From assembly GCA_963845185.1 (NCBI GenBank), contig CAWJRG010000010.1:320001-384000 (forward strand): DNA of 64,000 nucleotides, in the 5' to 3' direction. Source of the stretch: an uncultured bacterium. GTDB lineage: Bacteria > Oederibacteriota > PGYV01 > CAWJRG01. Below the pieces are notes generated by a model. It saw nothing but the letters and a program-made list of their open reading frames with translations. It was not told where the DNA came from and did not search any database. Shown here one piece after another: positions 10,358 through 21,259 of the stretch (the stretch's first letter is position 1; each line of letters begins with the position of its first letter). Position numbers and translations under genes: made by a program.

Positions 10358-11608
10358 CTAATTCGCCATCACAACTTTATCCCTGCCTGTTTTTTTTGCT
10401 TTATAAAGCGCTTCATCGGCTTTTCTAAGCATGGCGCTTATGTCCTTTGCGCCTTCCCGCGACGAAACCGCGCCAATGCTTATGCGCACCGGTATGCTTT
10501 TGCTTTTATATTTTACTGCGTGCTTTTTAACCGCAGCGTTTATTTTCTTTGCCTTTGCTTCAGCCTCGCTTCCAATCTTATTCCTCAAAAACACTATTAT
10601 CTCTTCCCCGCCGTACCTGCATACCACACCGTCCGGCAACGATGTGTCCCTTATTACCTGCCCAACTTTAAAGAGCACCCTGTCGCCTGCCATGTGGCCG
10701 TATGTATCATTAACCTTCTTGAAATGGTCTATGTCGCAAAGGAGTATTGAAAAATTTTTCCCGAGGTTGACGTCAACCACCCCATCAATTATTCCGTTCA
10801 TGTATTGCCTGTTATAAATTTTCAAAAGCGGGTCATACTGCGCTTTATGAAGCAGCGACCCCATCCAGTGGTAAAAAATTCCTACGATTAGTATAACCGC
10901 CATGAGCAGCAAAAGCAGCCTTATCTTGTAATAGGCGTCGATATAAACATTCGCATTTAAAAGAACAATAGCAAGACTTACCACAATACTCCCGTAATTA
11001 TGCTCCTCCTCTATGTTAACAACCGATAAAATTGCTGTTATCGCAAAAGTAACTATATTGATTGGCATGTAAAATTTGTCAAACGCGCGTATAAAAGCAT
11101 GTGAATGTTTCGCGCCGCTGAAAAAATAAATAAGGGAAATAAAAAGCGCCAGGTTAAATACAAGCGCAAACGGCGATATGTTTTTGCCCGTGGAATAATT
11201 TATATATGATGGCACGAGTATAACCGCGAGCAAATTTAGATTAAAGAGCCAGAACAGGAATTTAAGGCCGAAATATTCATGCAACAATTTTATTTTTTCA
11301 TAAACATTTATATCAAAAATTTTTATGTCGTTGCTGGCAATTAAAAAATTAAGGAAAAACGCCGTGAGTATATAACCGGAAATAAGTATTTTGAACTTAT
11401 ATATCCTCGGATACGACACTATGGCAACAATCAGGGTGAAAAAAGAAAGTACCAAAAGCACCGCGTTATAGTTTAATTTGTCAATGATTAAATTTATATA
11501 ATAACCGTATTTGGAATCAATCATATAAAATAAAAACAGTACGATTAATGTGAAAATTACAAATTGTATTTTATACCTGTCAAACATGTTTTTAATTGTT
11601 GTATTCAT
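10358..11608 (-). CDS. Membrane-bound diguanylate cyclase (GGDEF domain)
   Basis: Many TM helices; DIDHFKKVNDTYGH and RYGGEE; start moved to ATG 11608 (GGAGAG SD). Confidence 0.9.
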   Translation of the reverse strand: MNTTIKNMFDRYKIQFVIFTLIVLFLFYMIDSKYGYYINLIIDKLNYNAVLLVLSFFTLIVAIVSYPRIYKFKILISGYILTAFFLNFLIASNDIKIFDINVYEKIKLLHEYFGLKFLFWLFNLNLLAVILVPSYINYSTGKNISPFALVFNLALFISLIYFFSGAKHSHAFIRAFDKFYMPINIVTFAITAILSVVNIEEEHNYGSIVVSLAIVLLNANVYIDAYYKIRLLLLLMAVILIVGIFYHWMGSLLHKAQYDPLLKIYNRQYMNGIIDGVVDVNLGKNFSILLCDIDHFKKVNDTYGHMAGDRVLFKVGQVIRDTSLPDGVVCRYGGEEIIVFLRNKIGSEAEAKAKKINAAVKKHAVKYKSKSIPVRISIGAVSSREGAKDISAMLRKADEALYKAKKTGRDKVVMAN

Positions 11609-11637
11609 TGCACTCTCCGGCTGTAGCTTGCGTTTAT

Positions 11638-11752
11638 GTGAAGCCCCCGCCTTCACAGGCGGGTTACCTTAAAAAATTCTCTGCTATGCTCCCTCCCCAA
11701 AGCGCTATCAATCCCCGCTCTACCGGCGGGGATTTTCGCGAAGCAGGATTAA
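11638..11752 (+). repeat. Repeat family D (IS200/IS605-end-like palindromic element), copy 1
   Basis: TATGCTCCCTCCCC..AGCGCTATC..hairpin..TTCGCG..GGATTAA shared with 11858, 42642, 47463. Confidence 0.7.
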
Positions 11753-11857
11753 CATTGATTATATATTACCCCTTTTGAGCATGCAATAGAAATTATAGCA
11801 TATGCTCTTTTCTGCGTTGACAAATTATATTTTTCATCTTATAATTTGTCCACAAAA

Positions 11858-11954
11858 GTGGAGCTACTAAAAAATTTTTAATATGCTCCCTCCCCAAAGC
11901 GTTATCAAATCTAGCTTCTATAGTAGGCTGGGTTTTTCGCGGAGCGGAATTAAA
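11858..11954 (+). repeat. Repeat family D, copy 2
   Basis: GGAGCTACT..TATGCTCCCTCCCCAAAGCG..TTCGCGGAGCGGAATTAAA. Confidence 0.7.
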
Positions 11955-11970
11955 AGGAGGCCTCAAAATC

Positions 11971-12399
11971 ATGTTTGAAAACAAGGAAAAAAATAAGGAA
12001 TACCTTATTATAACCGGCTTGGTAGTGATTACATTAGTTATAGCTTTTCTGATGGCTGATTTTGAGGTCATGAGAAGGGCAAAGCGTGAATACCTGGAAG
12101 GCGAAAAGTTCCTTAATTTTTATAAGGACCCTGGCGCAAAAGCCACCTATTATAAGGATAAACTCGATAAAAAGGAAATCACCGATCTTGAATATGAGAT
12201 GCTTATGGACGACAACGCCCTTAAAAACGCTTACATACAATACAAAACCGTTGTTGATTTATTCACCCCGCCCGAGAGTTCATGGGTTAAAAAAGCAAGG
12301 GAGCGTTTAAAAGAAGTCGAGCCTGAATATAACGAGTGGGTAAGACAGCTTGAGGGTGAAGTTAACAGCGCCTCCAATACTATTCCGGCGAAAAAATAA
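11971..12399 (+). CDS. Hypothetical membrane-anchored protein
   Basis: AGGAGG SD; one N-terminal TM helix, then a helical domain. Confidence 0.75.
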   Translation: MFENKEKNKEYLIITGLVVITLVIAFLMADFEVMRRAKREYLEGEKFLNFYKDPGAKATYYKDKLDKKEITDLEYEMLMDDNALKNAYIQYKTVVDLFTPPESSWVKKARERLKEVEPEYNEWVRQLEGEVNSASNTIPAKK

Positions 12400-12457
12400 T
12401 CATTTCCTTCAATATGCAATTACTTTGAATTTCAATACTAATTATTAAAAAGGGTTG

Positions 12458-14476
12458 CTATTGTATATTTCCCATGTCTTGGTTTATTTTAAATATCATT
12501 TGCTCAAGTGCCTGTCTGTCCGTGCTGCCATATTGTATTGCCTTTTCAAACATTTCCCTTGCTATCGGTAAATTTCCATCATTAAAATAAATCCCTCCAA
12601 GTTCCTGATAAGCCTGCCAAAAATTTTCTTTTAACAAAATTGCTTTCTCTAAATATTTTATCCGGTTGCCTTTGTCATTCAATTCTTTATAAGCTGCAGA
12701 TATGTTATAATAAAAGAAAGGTTCATTTTCTTTTATTTCATACTTAAAAGGAAACAGCATGGCTTTTTTATAAAGTTGCAGTGCTCCGGAAGGATTTTTC
12801 CCCATCAAAAGTTCATTGCCCTGCATCGATATACAATAAGGATAATTCATAACAAGTCCTGAGGTTAACCTGCTGTAGTCAATATATTTATCATATAATT
12901 CCCGGTTATAAGAATAAAGTTCAAATATTTTAGGCTGCATTGTTTTATCGCTTTTTAGGTATTTTCTTAGCAATCCAGTTTGTTTAAAATTGTATTCTAA
13001 TTTTAAACTGTCCATATTTGGCGTGGCAGAGCCTTTATATATTTCGAAATTATTCCCTGCAAAAAAACCAATAATATTATTTAAATTATAAGCCGGGTTA
13101 TTTTCTTTCAGGGAAATATTCCCGTATTTTCTAATAAAATTATCGATTCCCCATTTGGAAGGCAAAGGCACCACGGGTAAAAGTTTTATATCCTGCCTTT
13201 GTTTTTCAATTGTTTGAATGTAATAAAGAGGATTAATATAGTCGTCGCGCTCACAAAGATACAGGCTGTTCTTGTCCATGGTTTTTAAAATATTGTATCC
13301 GAAATCATACGCCTGATAATTATATCTGCTGTCGTTTTTTTCAAAATTTTTATATCCCATCCATAATATTATTGCAAATACAACAGATATAAAAGCGTAT
13401 TGAAAAACCTTTTGTTTGAAAAATTTGAAAATTAAATATATGCCTGCAATAATAAAAAACACTAATATATAATGGGATGGCATAAGAAAAACATCGATTA
13501 CCCACAATGAACCTTCATTGCTGCGGTTGTAAATAACAACTGCAAAGATAATTATTAAAACCGTGCTTAAATAAAAGTAAAAAAGCTTTTTGCTCCTTTT
13601 ATTAATGATATACCCGCCTGCAAGCATTAAAATCCAGAGCATGGAATAATTACTGAATAAAAACACAAAAAATTCTTTTATTTGAATTCCAAATATCTGT
13701 AAAGCCGGAAGTGATTCCGTATTGTCATACCCAGTCCTTAATATTGTCCACCAAAAATTTTCCCATGTGTTTGGCCTTGCGGCAAACATAAAAATGCCGT
13801 CTGTTCCGCCTCTTAAAGGCAGGTAAAGATACGGACTAATGCCTGCCAGCAGAAACAACAGTATTGTTGTAACATTTTTCCGGTTTATTTTTCTTCTGTA
13901 GATAAAAAACGGGTACCCGAAAACCGGTAAAAGTATTATCATGCTCGGCCAGTGGTTAGCAAGCGAAAGCCCGTAAATAAATGACATTAAATAAAGATAT
14001 TTAATATTAAATTTTTTAAATAGCCTTATACTTAAATACATCAATATTGCAAGAAACAAAAGATTTAATATGTATATCCCGCCTTTTGCTTCGATTGCCT
14101 GGTTCCAGAAAATATACGATAAAGCGAGTATAAAAATTCCCGAAAAATTTATTATTTTATTTTCATAAGCGAAAACATAATAAGTAATTTGCCTGATGAT
14201 AAAATAAGACAATAATAGCACTATCAAGGCAAGAAATATGGCAAATAAGTTAATCCTGAAAGCAGGCGAACCAACAGGCAATAATGAAAACACTTTCCCG
14301 GCCATTGTGAAAAGTGGATATCCAGGAGGATGGCTTATGCCCAGGGTATATGCCGAGGTTATCGTTTCAGGCGAGTCGTCGTTTTTAAACGCGGGAAACA
14401 TTGTGTAAAGGTAAACTTGAAATATGCAGATTAAAGAAACTATTAATATAATAGTTCCTTTGTATTTCTTAATCAT
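12458..14476 (-). CDS. DUF2723 (TMEM260-like, GT-C) membrane protein with C-terminal TPR
   Basis: DDSPE..LGISHPPGYPL, LANH, YLYLPLR motifs. Confidence 0.85.
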   Translation of the reverse strand: MIKKYKGTIILIVSLICIFQVYLYTMFPAFKNDDSPETITSAYTLGISHPPGYPLFTMAGKVFSLLPVGSPAFRINLFAIFLALIVLLLSYFIIRQITYYVFAYENKIINFSGIFILALSYIFWNQAIEAKGGIYILNLLFLAILMYLSIRLFKKFNIKYLYLMSFIYGLSLANHWPSMIILLPVFGYPFFIYRRKINRKNVTTILLFLLAGISPYLYLPLRGGTDGIFMFAARPNTWENFWWTILRTGYDNTESLPALQIFGIQIKEFFVFLFSNYSMLWILMLAGGYIINKRSKKLFYFYLSTVLIIIFAVVIYNRSNEGSLWVIDVFLMPSHYILVFFIIAGIYLIFKFFKQKVFQYAFISVVFAIILWMGYKNFEKNDSRYNYQAYDFGYNILKTMDKNSLYLCERDDYINPLYYIQTIEKQRQDIKLLPVVPLPSKWGIDNFIRKYGNISLKENNPAYNLNNIIGFFAGNNFEIYKGSATPNMDSLKLEYNFKQTGLLRKYLKSDKTMQPKIFELYSYNRELYDKYIDYSRLTSGLVMNYPYCISMQGNELLMGKNPSGALQLYKKAMLFPFKYEIKENEPFFYYNISAAYKELNDKGNRIKYLEKAILLKENFWQAYQELGGIYFNDGNLPIAREMFEKAIQYGSTDRQALEQMIFKINQDMGNIQ

Positions 14477-14486
14477 TTTATGCCTA

Positions 14487-15323
14487 TTATATTCCGAGCA
14501 ATTCCAAAATCCTTTCGAAATCTTCCCTGTTATAATACTCTATTACTATTTTGCCTTTTTTATAACTGCCTTTTATTCTCGCCTTTGTGCCGAATTTCAG
14601 TTTAAGGCTGTCTTCTACCGCCTTTATTTCAGGCATGACCACTTTTACTTTTGGCGCTTTTTTTGCGCTTTCCTTTTTGATGAGGTTCTCAAGTTCCCTG
14701 ACTGAAAGTGATTTTTTGATGACCTGCTCCGCGTAAGCCTTTTGCCTGCCTGTTTCTTCAAGCCCCAGAAGCACTTTTGCGTGTCCGGTTGAGATTTCAC
14801 CTGTAACCAGGTACCGCTGTATTTCCGCGGGCAGCTTTAAAAGCCTCAGTATGTTTGTCACAGTCGCCCTGTTCTTCCCTATCTTGTCTGCCAGGTCTTC
14901 CTGGTTCAGGCTGTAACCCTCCATGAGCTGCTTGTATGCCTGGGCTTCTTCCACAGGGTTTAAATCCTCCCTTTGTATATTTTCAATTAAAGCTATTTCA
15001 AGCTGTTCTACGGGCGATACGTTTTTAACCACTGCTGGTATTGATTTTAAACCCGCGCGCTCAGCTGCCCTGAACCTTCTCTCGCCCGCTATAAGTTCAT
15101 ACTTGTCATCTCCGATTTCCTTTATTATTACAGGTTGAATCACGCCTTTTTCTTTTATTGACTTGATTAATTCGTCGAGTTTTTCCGGGCTGAAAGTCTT
15201 GCGCGGCTGCATTGTATTTGATTTGATGTTTTCTATATCCACGGTCATGATGCCTTTTTGCTTTTCCTTCGCCGCCCCCGATATGAGCGCGTCAAGGCCT
15301 TTTCCAAGTGCCTGTCTTGCCAT
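14487..15323 (-). CDS. parB: Chromosome partitioning protein ParB
   Basis: LGKGLDAL, QPRK, IAGERRFRAA, ENIQREDLN. Confidence 0.95.
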   Translation of the reverse strand: MARQALGKGLDALISGAAKEKQKGIMTVDIENIKSNTMQPRKTFSPEKLDELIKSIKEKGVIQPVIIKEIGDDKYELIAGERRFRAAERAGLKSIPAVVKNVSPVEQLEIALIENIQREDLNPVEEAQAYKQLMEGYSLNQEDLADKIGKNRATVTNILRLLKLPAEIQRYLVTGEISTGHAKVLLGLEETGRQKAYAEQVIKKSLSVRELENLIKKESAKKAPKVKVVMPEIKAVEDSLKLKFGTKARIKGSYKKGKIVIEYYNREDFERILELLGI

Positions 15324-15325
15324 GT

Positions 15326-16111
15326 TCACCGCCTCCCTTCTGTTTTTATGCCGTTCCCGGCAAGTATTTCATCTGCGAGCTGCTCGTAAGCCAGCGCTCC
15401 CCTGGAATGCTTGTCGTAAATATTCACGGGCTGCCCGAAGCTCGGCGCCTCGGATAGCCTCACGTTGCGCGGTATAATTGTATTATACACCTTGTCCTGG
15501 AATTTATTCTTTATTTCCTGGACCACCTGGCGTGTAAGATTTGTCCTTGCGTCAAACATTGTGATGAGCACGCCTTCTATTGTTATTTTCGGGTTCAGGC
15601 TTTCTTTTACAATGCTTATGGTATTAAGAAGCTGCGCCAGTCCGTCAAGCGCGTAAAACTCGCATTGCATCGGTATCAGCACTGAATCCGCTGCGGTAAG
15701 CGCGTTCAGGGTCAAAAGCCCGAGCGAAGGCGGTGAATCAATGAATATATAATCATAGCTGTCCCTTATTTCCTCGAGCGCCTTCCTGAGCAGGGTCTCC
15801 CTGCCCGGGACACTTACCATCAGGACTTCGGCGCCTGTCAAATCAATGTTTGACTGGACCACAGACAGGCCCTCAACAGCTGAGGCTTTGACCGTATTTT
15901 TTATCGGCACGCCTTCAAGCAGCACTTCATATATGTTTGCTTCCCCTGAATCCTTGTCAAAGCCCGCGCCCAGGGTTGAATTTCCCTGCGGGTCCATGTC
16001 TATTATGAGTACTTTTTGCCCTTTTTCAGCAAGGTACGCGGCCAGGTTTACTGTGGTGGTTGTTTTACCCACCCCGCCTTTCTGGTTTACTACAGCTATT
16101 GCTCTTCCCAT
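15326..16111 (-). CDS. parA: Chromosome partitioning ATPase ParA/Soj
   Basis: NQKGGVGKTTT, DMDPQGN, IPRNVRLSEAPS. Confidence 0.95.
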   Translation of the reverse strand: MGRAIAVVNQKGGVGKTTTTVNLAAYLAEKGQKVLIIDMDPQGNSTLGAGFDKDSGEANIYEVLLEGVPIKNTVKASAVEGLSVVQSNIDLTGAEVLMVSVPGRETLLRKALEEIRDSYDYIFIDSPPSLGLLTLNALTAADSVLIPMQCEFYALDGLAQLLNTISIVKESLNPKITIEGVLITMFDARTNLTRQVVQEIKNKFQDKVYNTIIPRNVRLSEAPSFGQPVNIYDKHSRGALAYEQLADEILAGNGIKTEGRR

Positions 16112-16127
16112 TTTTTATCGCACCTGT

Positions 16128-17255
16128 TTATCTCACAGAATTGATTACTTTTAAAATCGTTATTCCTTTTTCTACTGTCAAATCCATTTTCCAGCGAGAA
16201 ATTATATCACCTTTGTCCTTTTTTTCAATTAGTTTAATCACGGGCCTCTCCATGTCCGTGTAATTATTTTTAAGCACAACTGCCCTTTCGTCTGTATTCA
16301 GCAGCACAATGTCCCCCGGCCAGTATTTTGGTATTACGCTTTTGAAAGCGTGGATAACTTCTCCGTCGAAAAGCACACCTGCGTTTGACACCAAATAATC
16401 CCATGCCGTATCCGAATCATAAGCGGGCCTGAACGGCCTGTGGCTGATGAGCGCGTCATAGACATCTGCAACAGCCACTATTTTTCCCATGACTGATATG
16501 TCGTCGCCCTTTAATTGCTTCGGGTAACCGCTGCCGTCAATTCTTTCGTGGTGCTGGTATCCTATGCTGGCCGATACTGCTGATATGCCGTATATTTTCC
16601 TCAATGCGTCAAAACTCAGGATAGTGTGCTGTTCCATCTCGTCGCGCTCGAGCGCGTCAAGCTCCTTGCTCTCGTGGACAAAATTATATAGCTGCATTTT
16701 AAGGTCATAAAGCAGCCCGCCGACACCAAGGTCAATGAGCTCCTTGTCGTCAAGCTTCATTTTATATCCGAGCAGCATGCTCAGGCAGCACGCGTTTACC
16801 ATGTGGAAATAAAAATAGGTTTCCACGTTCCTGTAGTCGATAAAATCATAATATAATTCCTTTTCAGCCTTCAGGCTTTTCAGCATTTCGTTCATGAAAT
16901 ATTTGAATATGTGGCCGTAAGCTATTTTGTTCCCCCGCTCGTTATTATATGAAAGGAACTTGTTGATTTCATCAACATTGTACCTTTTTAATATTTCAGC
17001 GTTTTCGCCCTCGCTCTCGCAAAAGCAGGCCAAGACCCTTAAAAGCTCTGCCCGCAATCCCATGTCAAAAACATAATTTATGGTCGTTTCCTCGTCCTTT
17101 ACGTAAAGAAACGGGATGCGGTAAAGCCTCAGCTTCTCCATGTGAAAATCCCTGACAACCGTGTCCTTTTTAAGCAGGTCTTTCCCGTTCACGCTGTAAA
17201 TATTTATTGCCACCGTGTCCCCGTCTTTTATTTTGTCTATCGCTTCCCTGCGCAT
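16128..17255 (-). CDS. HD-GYP domain protein (HD dyad degenerate)
   Basis: HHERIDGSGYP and VADVYDAL present; expected LLHD reads LLYD. Confidence 0.85.
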   Translation of the reverse strand: MRREAIDKIKDGDTVAINIYSVNGKDLLKKDTVVRDFHMEKLRLYRIPFLYVKDEETTINYVFDMGLRAELLRVLACFCESEGENAEILKRYNVDEINKFLSYNNERGNKIAYGHIFKYFMNEMLKSLKAEKELYYDFIDYRNVETYFYFHMVNACCLSMLLGYKMKLDDKELIDLGVGGLLYDLKMQLYNFVHESKELDALERDEMEQHTILSFDALRKIYGISAVSASIGYQHHERIDGSGYPKQLKGDDISVMGKIVAVADVYDALISHRPFRPAYDSDTAWDYLVSNAGVLFDGEVIHAFKSVIPKYWPGDIVLLNTDERAVVLKNNYTDMERPVIKLIEKKDKGDIISRWKMDLTVEKGITILKVINSVR

Positions 17256-17276
17256 ATGTCTCCTTTTTCTATTTAA

Positions 17277-18707
17277 TCAATCAAATATATTCCCCGGATT
17301 CAGTATGGAATTCGGGTCGAAGACTTTTTTTATTTCCTTCATTTTATTTATTACTTCAACCTCGTACATTTCGCTTAAATATTTCTTTTTGATTTTCCCT
17401 ATCCCGTGCTCGGCAGAAATCGTTCCTTTAAGTTTTATTATTTCTTTTGCCATATCTTCATAAATTGCCAGGGCTTCGCCATGTTCTTTTTCATTTTCAG
17501 GCAGGAAATTGATGTGCAGGTTATTGTTGCCAGCGTGCCCGAAAACCACATGCTTGATTTTAACATATTTCAGCATTTGTTCGTAAATATTCAGCATTTT
17601 GTCTGACATACTGTCGTCAACTGCAAAATCAGTTGAAACTTTTGTTAAATTCTTTTGCCTAATATATTCATTCACGGCATTTGGCACTGCTTCCCTTAAT
17701 TCATATATGAAATTCTTTTTTGCTTTTGTGTTTGTAACAAGAACCCTGTCCTCACTTATGCCTCTGTCCTGTAAAAATCCGTAAAACTTTTCCAGCTTCA
17801 TATCCGCATCTTTTTCATCCGCAGCGTCGATCTCAACAAACACAAGCGTGTTAAACTTGCTTATTTTGTCGAATTTTTCCCTGATAAGGCCGAGTGATTT
17901 TTCGTCGATAAATTCAAGCGACAGAGGGGATAAGTCCTTTTTATGCTCTTTTATGCTTTTAATAAAATCAAACGCTTCTTTTGAACTTTTAAAATCTATC
18001 ATAAAAGCTTTTATATCAAATGGCGCGGGCAGCAGTTTTATCCTTGCCTCTGTTATAACGCCAAGCGTCCCTTCGCTGCCTATAAAAAGGTCTATCAAAT
18101 CCATGTTGTTCTTCATATAATAACCGGCGCTGTTTTTATAAGTAAAGTAAGAGGAAAGATCTATGATATTAAATTTAATATTGTCATTGCCGGTTTTAAA
18201 ATAGAATTTTGTCCCGTCTGCCTTTATTTGCCCCCGCCTTATTATTAAGTTTTCGCCGTTTGCAGTGATTATCTTTAGCTCGTCGACAAAATCCCTTATG
18301 TTCCCGTACTTGAAACTTCCTGCGCCTGACGCATTTGTGGCTATGTTACCGCCAAGGGTTGCTGTCTGTTCGGTTGAATCCACGGGAAACCACAGTTTAT
18401 GCTTTTTTATTTCTTCATGAAGTTCTTTTAGCAGCACGCCTGCCTGGACATCAACGTATTTTTTGCCTGCGTTTACCTGGATTTTTTTGAGTTTTTCAGT
18501 TGAGATTATTGAGCCGCTGCTTGAAATTACACCCGCGACAATTCCTGTGCCGCCGCCGTATAAAGTAAACGGGCTTCCTTTTCCAGTTTTGATTATTCCG
18601 GCTATTTCGTCCGGAGTTTCGGGCAGGAAAACAGACTCAATGTTGATGCTTTGGAAATTTGACTCGTCTTTTAAATATTTATCCAAAACTCCGGTTATTA
18701 TGCGCAT
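17277..18707 (-). CDS. FAD-binding oxidoreductase (GlcD/D-lactate dehydrogenase family)
   Basis: GGGTG, GSEGTLG, FGHAGNNNLH, SAEHGIG, LNPG. Confidence 0.9.
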   Translation of the reverse strand: MRIITGVLDKYLKDESNFQSINIESVFLPETPDEIAGIIKTGKGSPFTLYGGGTGIVAGVISSSGSIISTEKLKKIQVNAGKKYVDVQAGVLLKELHEEIKKHKLWFPVDSTEQTATLGGNIATNASGAGSFKYGNIRDFVDELKIITANGENLIIRRGQIKADGTKFYFKTGNDNIKFNIIDLSSYFTYKNSAGYYMKNNMDLIDLFIGSEGTLGVITEARIKLLPAPFDIKAFMIDFKSSKEAFDFIKSIKEHKKDLSPLSLEFIDEKSLGLIREKFDKISKFNTLVFVEIDAADEKDADMKLEKFYGFLQDRGISEDRVLVTNTKAKKNFIYELREAVPNAVNEYIRQKNLTKVSTDFAVDDSMSDKMLNIYEQMLKYVKIKHVVFGHAGNNNLHINFLPENEKEHGEALAIYEDMAKEIIKLKGTISAEHGIGKIKKKYLSEMYEVEVINKMKEIKKVFDPNSILNPGNIFD

Positions 18708-18792
18708 GGTAAAGGTGCTTTAAACGAGCAGCTTGCGTATTGTCATAAAAGCGCCTCTAAAAAAGTTGTCAGCAGCCTATATCGGCTGTTGC

Positions 18793-19122
18793 TTATGCTC
18801 CTATTACTTTATGTATGGCTTTCTTTAAATGTTCTTCGGTAACAGCCCCGATTATCTGCTCGACAATCTCGCCTGCTTTGAAAATAAAAAGGGTCGGTAT
18901 GCTCCTGATTCCCATTTCTGACGCGGTCTCCACCGCTACATCCACGTCTACCTTCACGACTTTGAGCTTGCCTTTATAATCTTTTGCAATTTTTTCTATC
19001 ATGGGCGCTATCATCATGCATGGGTTGCACCACGTGGCCCAAAAATCAACAAGTACGGGCAGGTTCGCTTTCAATACTTCTGTTTCAAAATTAAGGTCAT
19101 TCGCAGGAACAGGCACTCCCAT
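18793..19122 (-). CDS. trxA: Thioredoxin
   Basis: VDFWATWCNPC, IRSIPTL. Confidence 0.93.
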   Translation of the reverse strand: MGVPVPANDLNFETEVLKANLPVLVDFWATWCNPCMMIAPMIEKIAKDYKGKLKVVKVDVDVAVETASEMGIRSIPTLFIFKAGEIVEQIIGAVTEEHLKKAIHKVIGA

Positions 19123-19174
19123 AAATTACCTCCTCGGATGGTTAAATTATTTTCATTGGTTTTTAATTTTGATG

Positions 19175-21259
19175 CTATTTTTCTTTCCTGTCAATAACTA
19201 TCTTTGAAAAATCCGCGAATTTATCAAACATGCCGCTTATTTCCGCGAGCATGCTGAGGTTGTTGTTTTTTATTTCTTCGTTTTCCGACATTACGAGCAC
19301 TTTGTCAAAATAGCTGTCGATTAATGACTTCATGCCCAATGCGGTTTCATAGCATTTGGCGTAATCGCCTGCTTTCATATGGCTTGCGAATCCGTCTTTT
19401 TCCGCGGTATAAGCGCTGTATAATTTCTTCTCTTGATCCTCTTTTAAAAGCCCCTGATTTACTTTTGCCGGCTTAAAGCCTGCCGGTATTATATTTTTTG
19501 TCCTGTGCATCAGGAAAGCGAACTCGTCAAAATCTTTCTTTTTATGCCTTTCTCCTGCCAGGAACTGCGCTTTCTTGAAGTCAGACAGGAAGTTTACGGT
19601 TTCTCCGGAAACCACTGCTGCTGCAATATCATGATCAACATCCCTGTCTTTTATATAATTTATTTCCCTCTGCCTGAAAAACTCGGTAAAATCCGCAATA
19701 TCTAGGCTCTTGTTTTGCTGTTTTTTATATTCTTCCGTGACTTTCTGCACAAGCCTGCCAAAATCAAAATCCATGCCTTTTTCAATCGCCATATATATTA
19801 TATTGAGAGCCTGCCTCCTGACTGCATACGGGTCCTTGCTTCCGGTAGGTTTAAAGCCCGCGATGAAGAAACCTGCTGCATTGTCTATTTTGTCAAACAG
19901 GCTTATCAGCGTGCCTTCCACAGTTGAAGGCAGTTTATCGCCCGCAAAATTCGGCTGATAGTGTTCTTTGATTGCCGTGCATATTTTTTTGTCTTTGCCC
20001 TGCTTTTCCAGGTACACGCCGCCCATAAACCCGCGCAGCCCGACAAATTCCTTTTCTCCTATTATATTTGTCACAAGGTCTGCCTTTGACAGCCCTGCTA
20101 TTTCGCGTAAAAGCGCGCTGTCTTTATACCCGAATATTTCAGCCGCAGATGACGCCAGATTTTCCAGCCTTTTTACCTTTTCCAGCATGCTGCCGAGCCC
20201 AGCTATAAATATGCTGTCCTTCAGTTTTTCAACGCCTTTTTCAAGCGGCTGTTTCAAATCCTCGTTGTAGAAAAACGCGGCGTCCTCGAGCCTGGAAAAC
20301 AGGACTTTCGCGTGCTGCTTCACTATGAAATCGTTATTGCCGTCGACTCCGTCTTTTATATTAACAAAACAGTTTGTAAACTCGCCTTTTTCATTGTTTG
20401 CGCCGAAATACCTCTGGTGCTCGCGCATTGCAGTGATGATAACCTCAACAGGCAAAAACAGGAATTTTTTGTCGAATTCACCCATAATCACAGATATTGA
20501 CTCCACAGAATCCGCGACCAGCTGCATAAGCTCATCGTCGGAAAGTAAGTCCAGCTTTTTCGCGGCAAGCGCCTTTTTAACCGCTTCCTCGGTTTTCTTT
20601 TTGCGCTCATCCTGATTTACAAGTATGTTGTTCCTGGTCATGACACTAAAATAATCATCCGGATTTTTTACCTGTTGTTCTGCGCCCTGCTGCAGGAACT
20701 TGTGGAGCCTAGTCTTGTTCGAGGATTTGCAGTTGCCGAACTTGAAATCTATTGTCTTATCGTTAAAAAGCGCCAGTATCCAGCGCACCGGCCTCGCAAA
20801 AGTAACACCAGAGTCGTCCCATATCATCGACTTCGGGAATTTTGTGTTTTTGATTAGCTCGGGTAAAATCTCTGCCATGATTTCTGTTGTCGCCCTGCCC
20901 TTTTCAATGCCCTCCAGGAACAGGTATTTCTTGCCTTTTTCTTCCTTGAATTTCAGGTCTTTTTCGCTGATATTGTTTTTTGATATAAAAATATTCCCCA
21001 GATCTGTAAGCTTGCCATCCTTGTACGCCGCGTCATAAGCCGGGCCTTTTCTGGAATAAGGCAGGTCCTCCTGTTTCTCGGCCACGCCTTCTATAAAAGC
21101 TATTAACCTGCGCACCGAATAAAAGCTCTGCAACTTTTCGAATTTTATCCTTTTTTCCGCGAGGGACTTCTCAAGGTTTTCCTTGATGTTGGCGCAGGCA
21201 GGCGCGAGGTATGCTGCCGGTATCTCCTCCACCCCTATTTCAAAAATTACCTTGTTCAT
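19175..21259 (-). CDS. glyS: Glycine-tRNA ligase beta subunit
   Basis: [32 protein letters not shown] 21259 overlaps glyQ stop (ATGA). Confidence 0.95.
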   Translation of the reverse strand: MNKVIFEIGVEEIPAAYLAPACANIKENLEKSLAEKRIKFEKLQSFYSVRRLIAFIEGVAEKQEDLPYSRKGPAYDAAYKDGKLTDLGNIFISKNNISEKDLKFKEEKGKKYLFLEGIEKGRATTEIMAEILPELIKNTKFPKSMIWDDSGVTFARPVRWILALFNDKTIDFKFGNCKSSNKTRLHKFLQQGAEQQVKNPDDYFSVMTRNNILVNQDERKKKTEEAVKKALAAKKLDLLSDDELMQLVADSVESISVIMGEFDKKFLFLPVEVIITAMREHQRYFGANNEKGEFTNCFVNIKDGVDGNNDFIVKQHAKVLFSRLEDAAFFYNEDLKQPLEKGVEKLKDSIFIAGLGSMLEKVKRLENLASSAAEIFGYKDSALLREIAGLSKADLVTNIIGEKEFVGLRGFMGGVYLEKQGKDKKICTAIKEHYQPNFAGDKLPSTVEGTLISLFDKIDNAAGFFIAGFKPTGSKDPYAVRRQALNIIYMAIEKGMDFDFGRLVQKVTEEYKKQQNKSLDIADFTEFFRQREINYIKDRDVDHDIAAAVVSGETVNFLSDFKKAQFLAGERHKKKDFDEFAFLMHRTKNIIPAGFKPAKVNQGLLKEDQEKKLYSAYTAEKDGFASHMKAGDYAKCYETALGMKSLIDSYFDKVLVMSENEEIKNNNLSMLAEISGMFDKFADFSKIVIDRKEK

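Noticed and set aside
14487..16111. Replication origin or parS site near parAB
   Set aside because: No dnaA, DnaA-box cluster or parS palindrome recognised by eye
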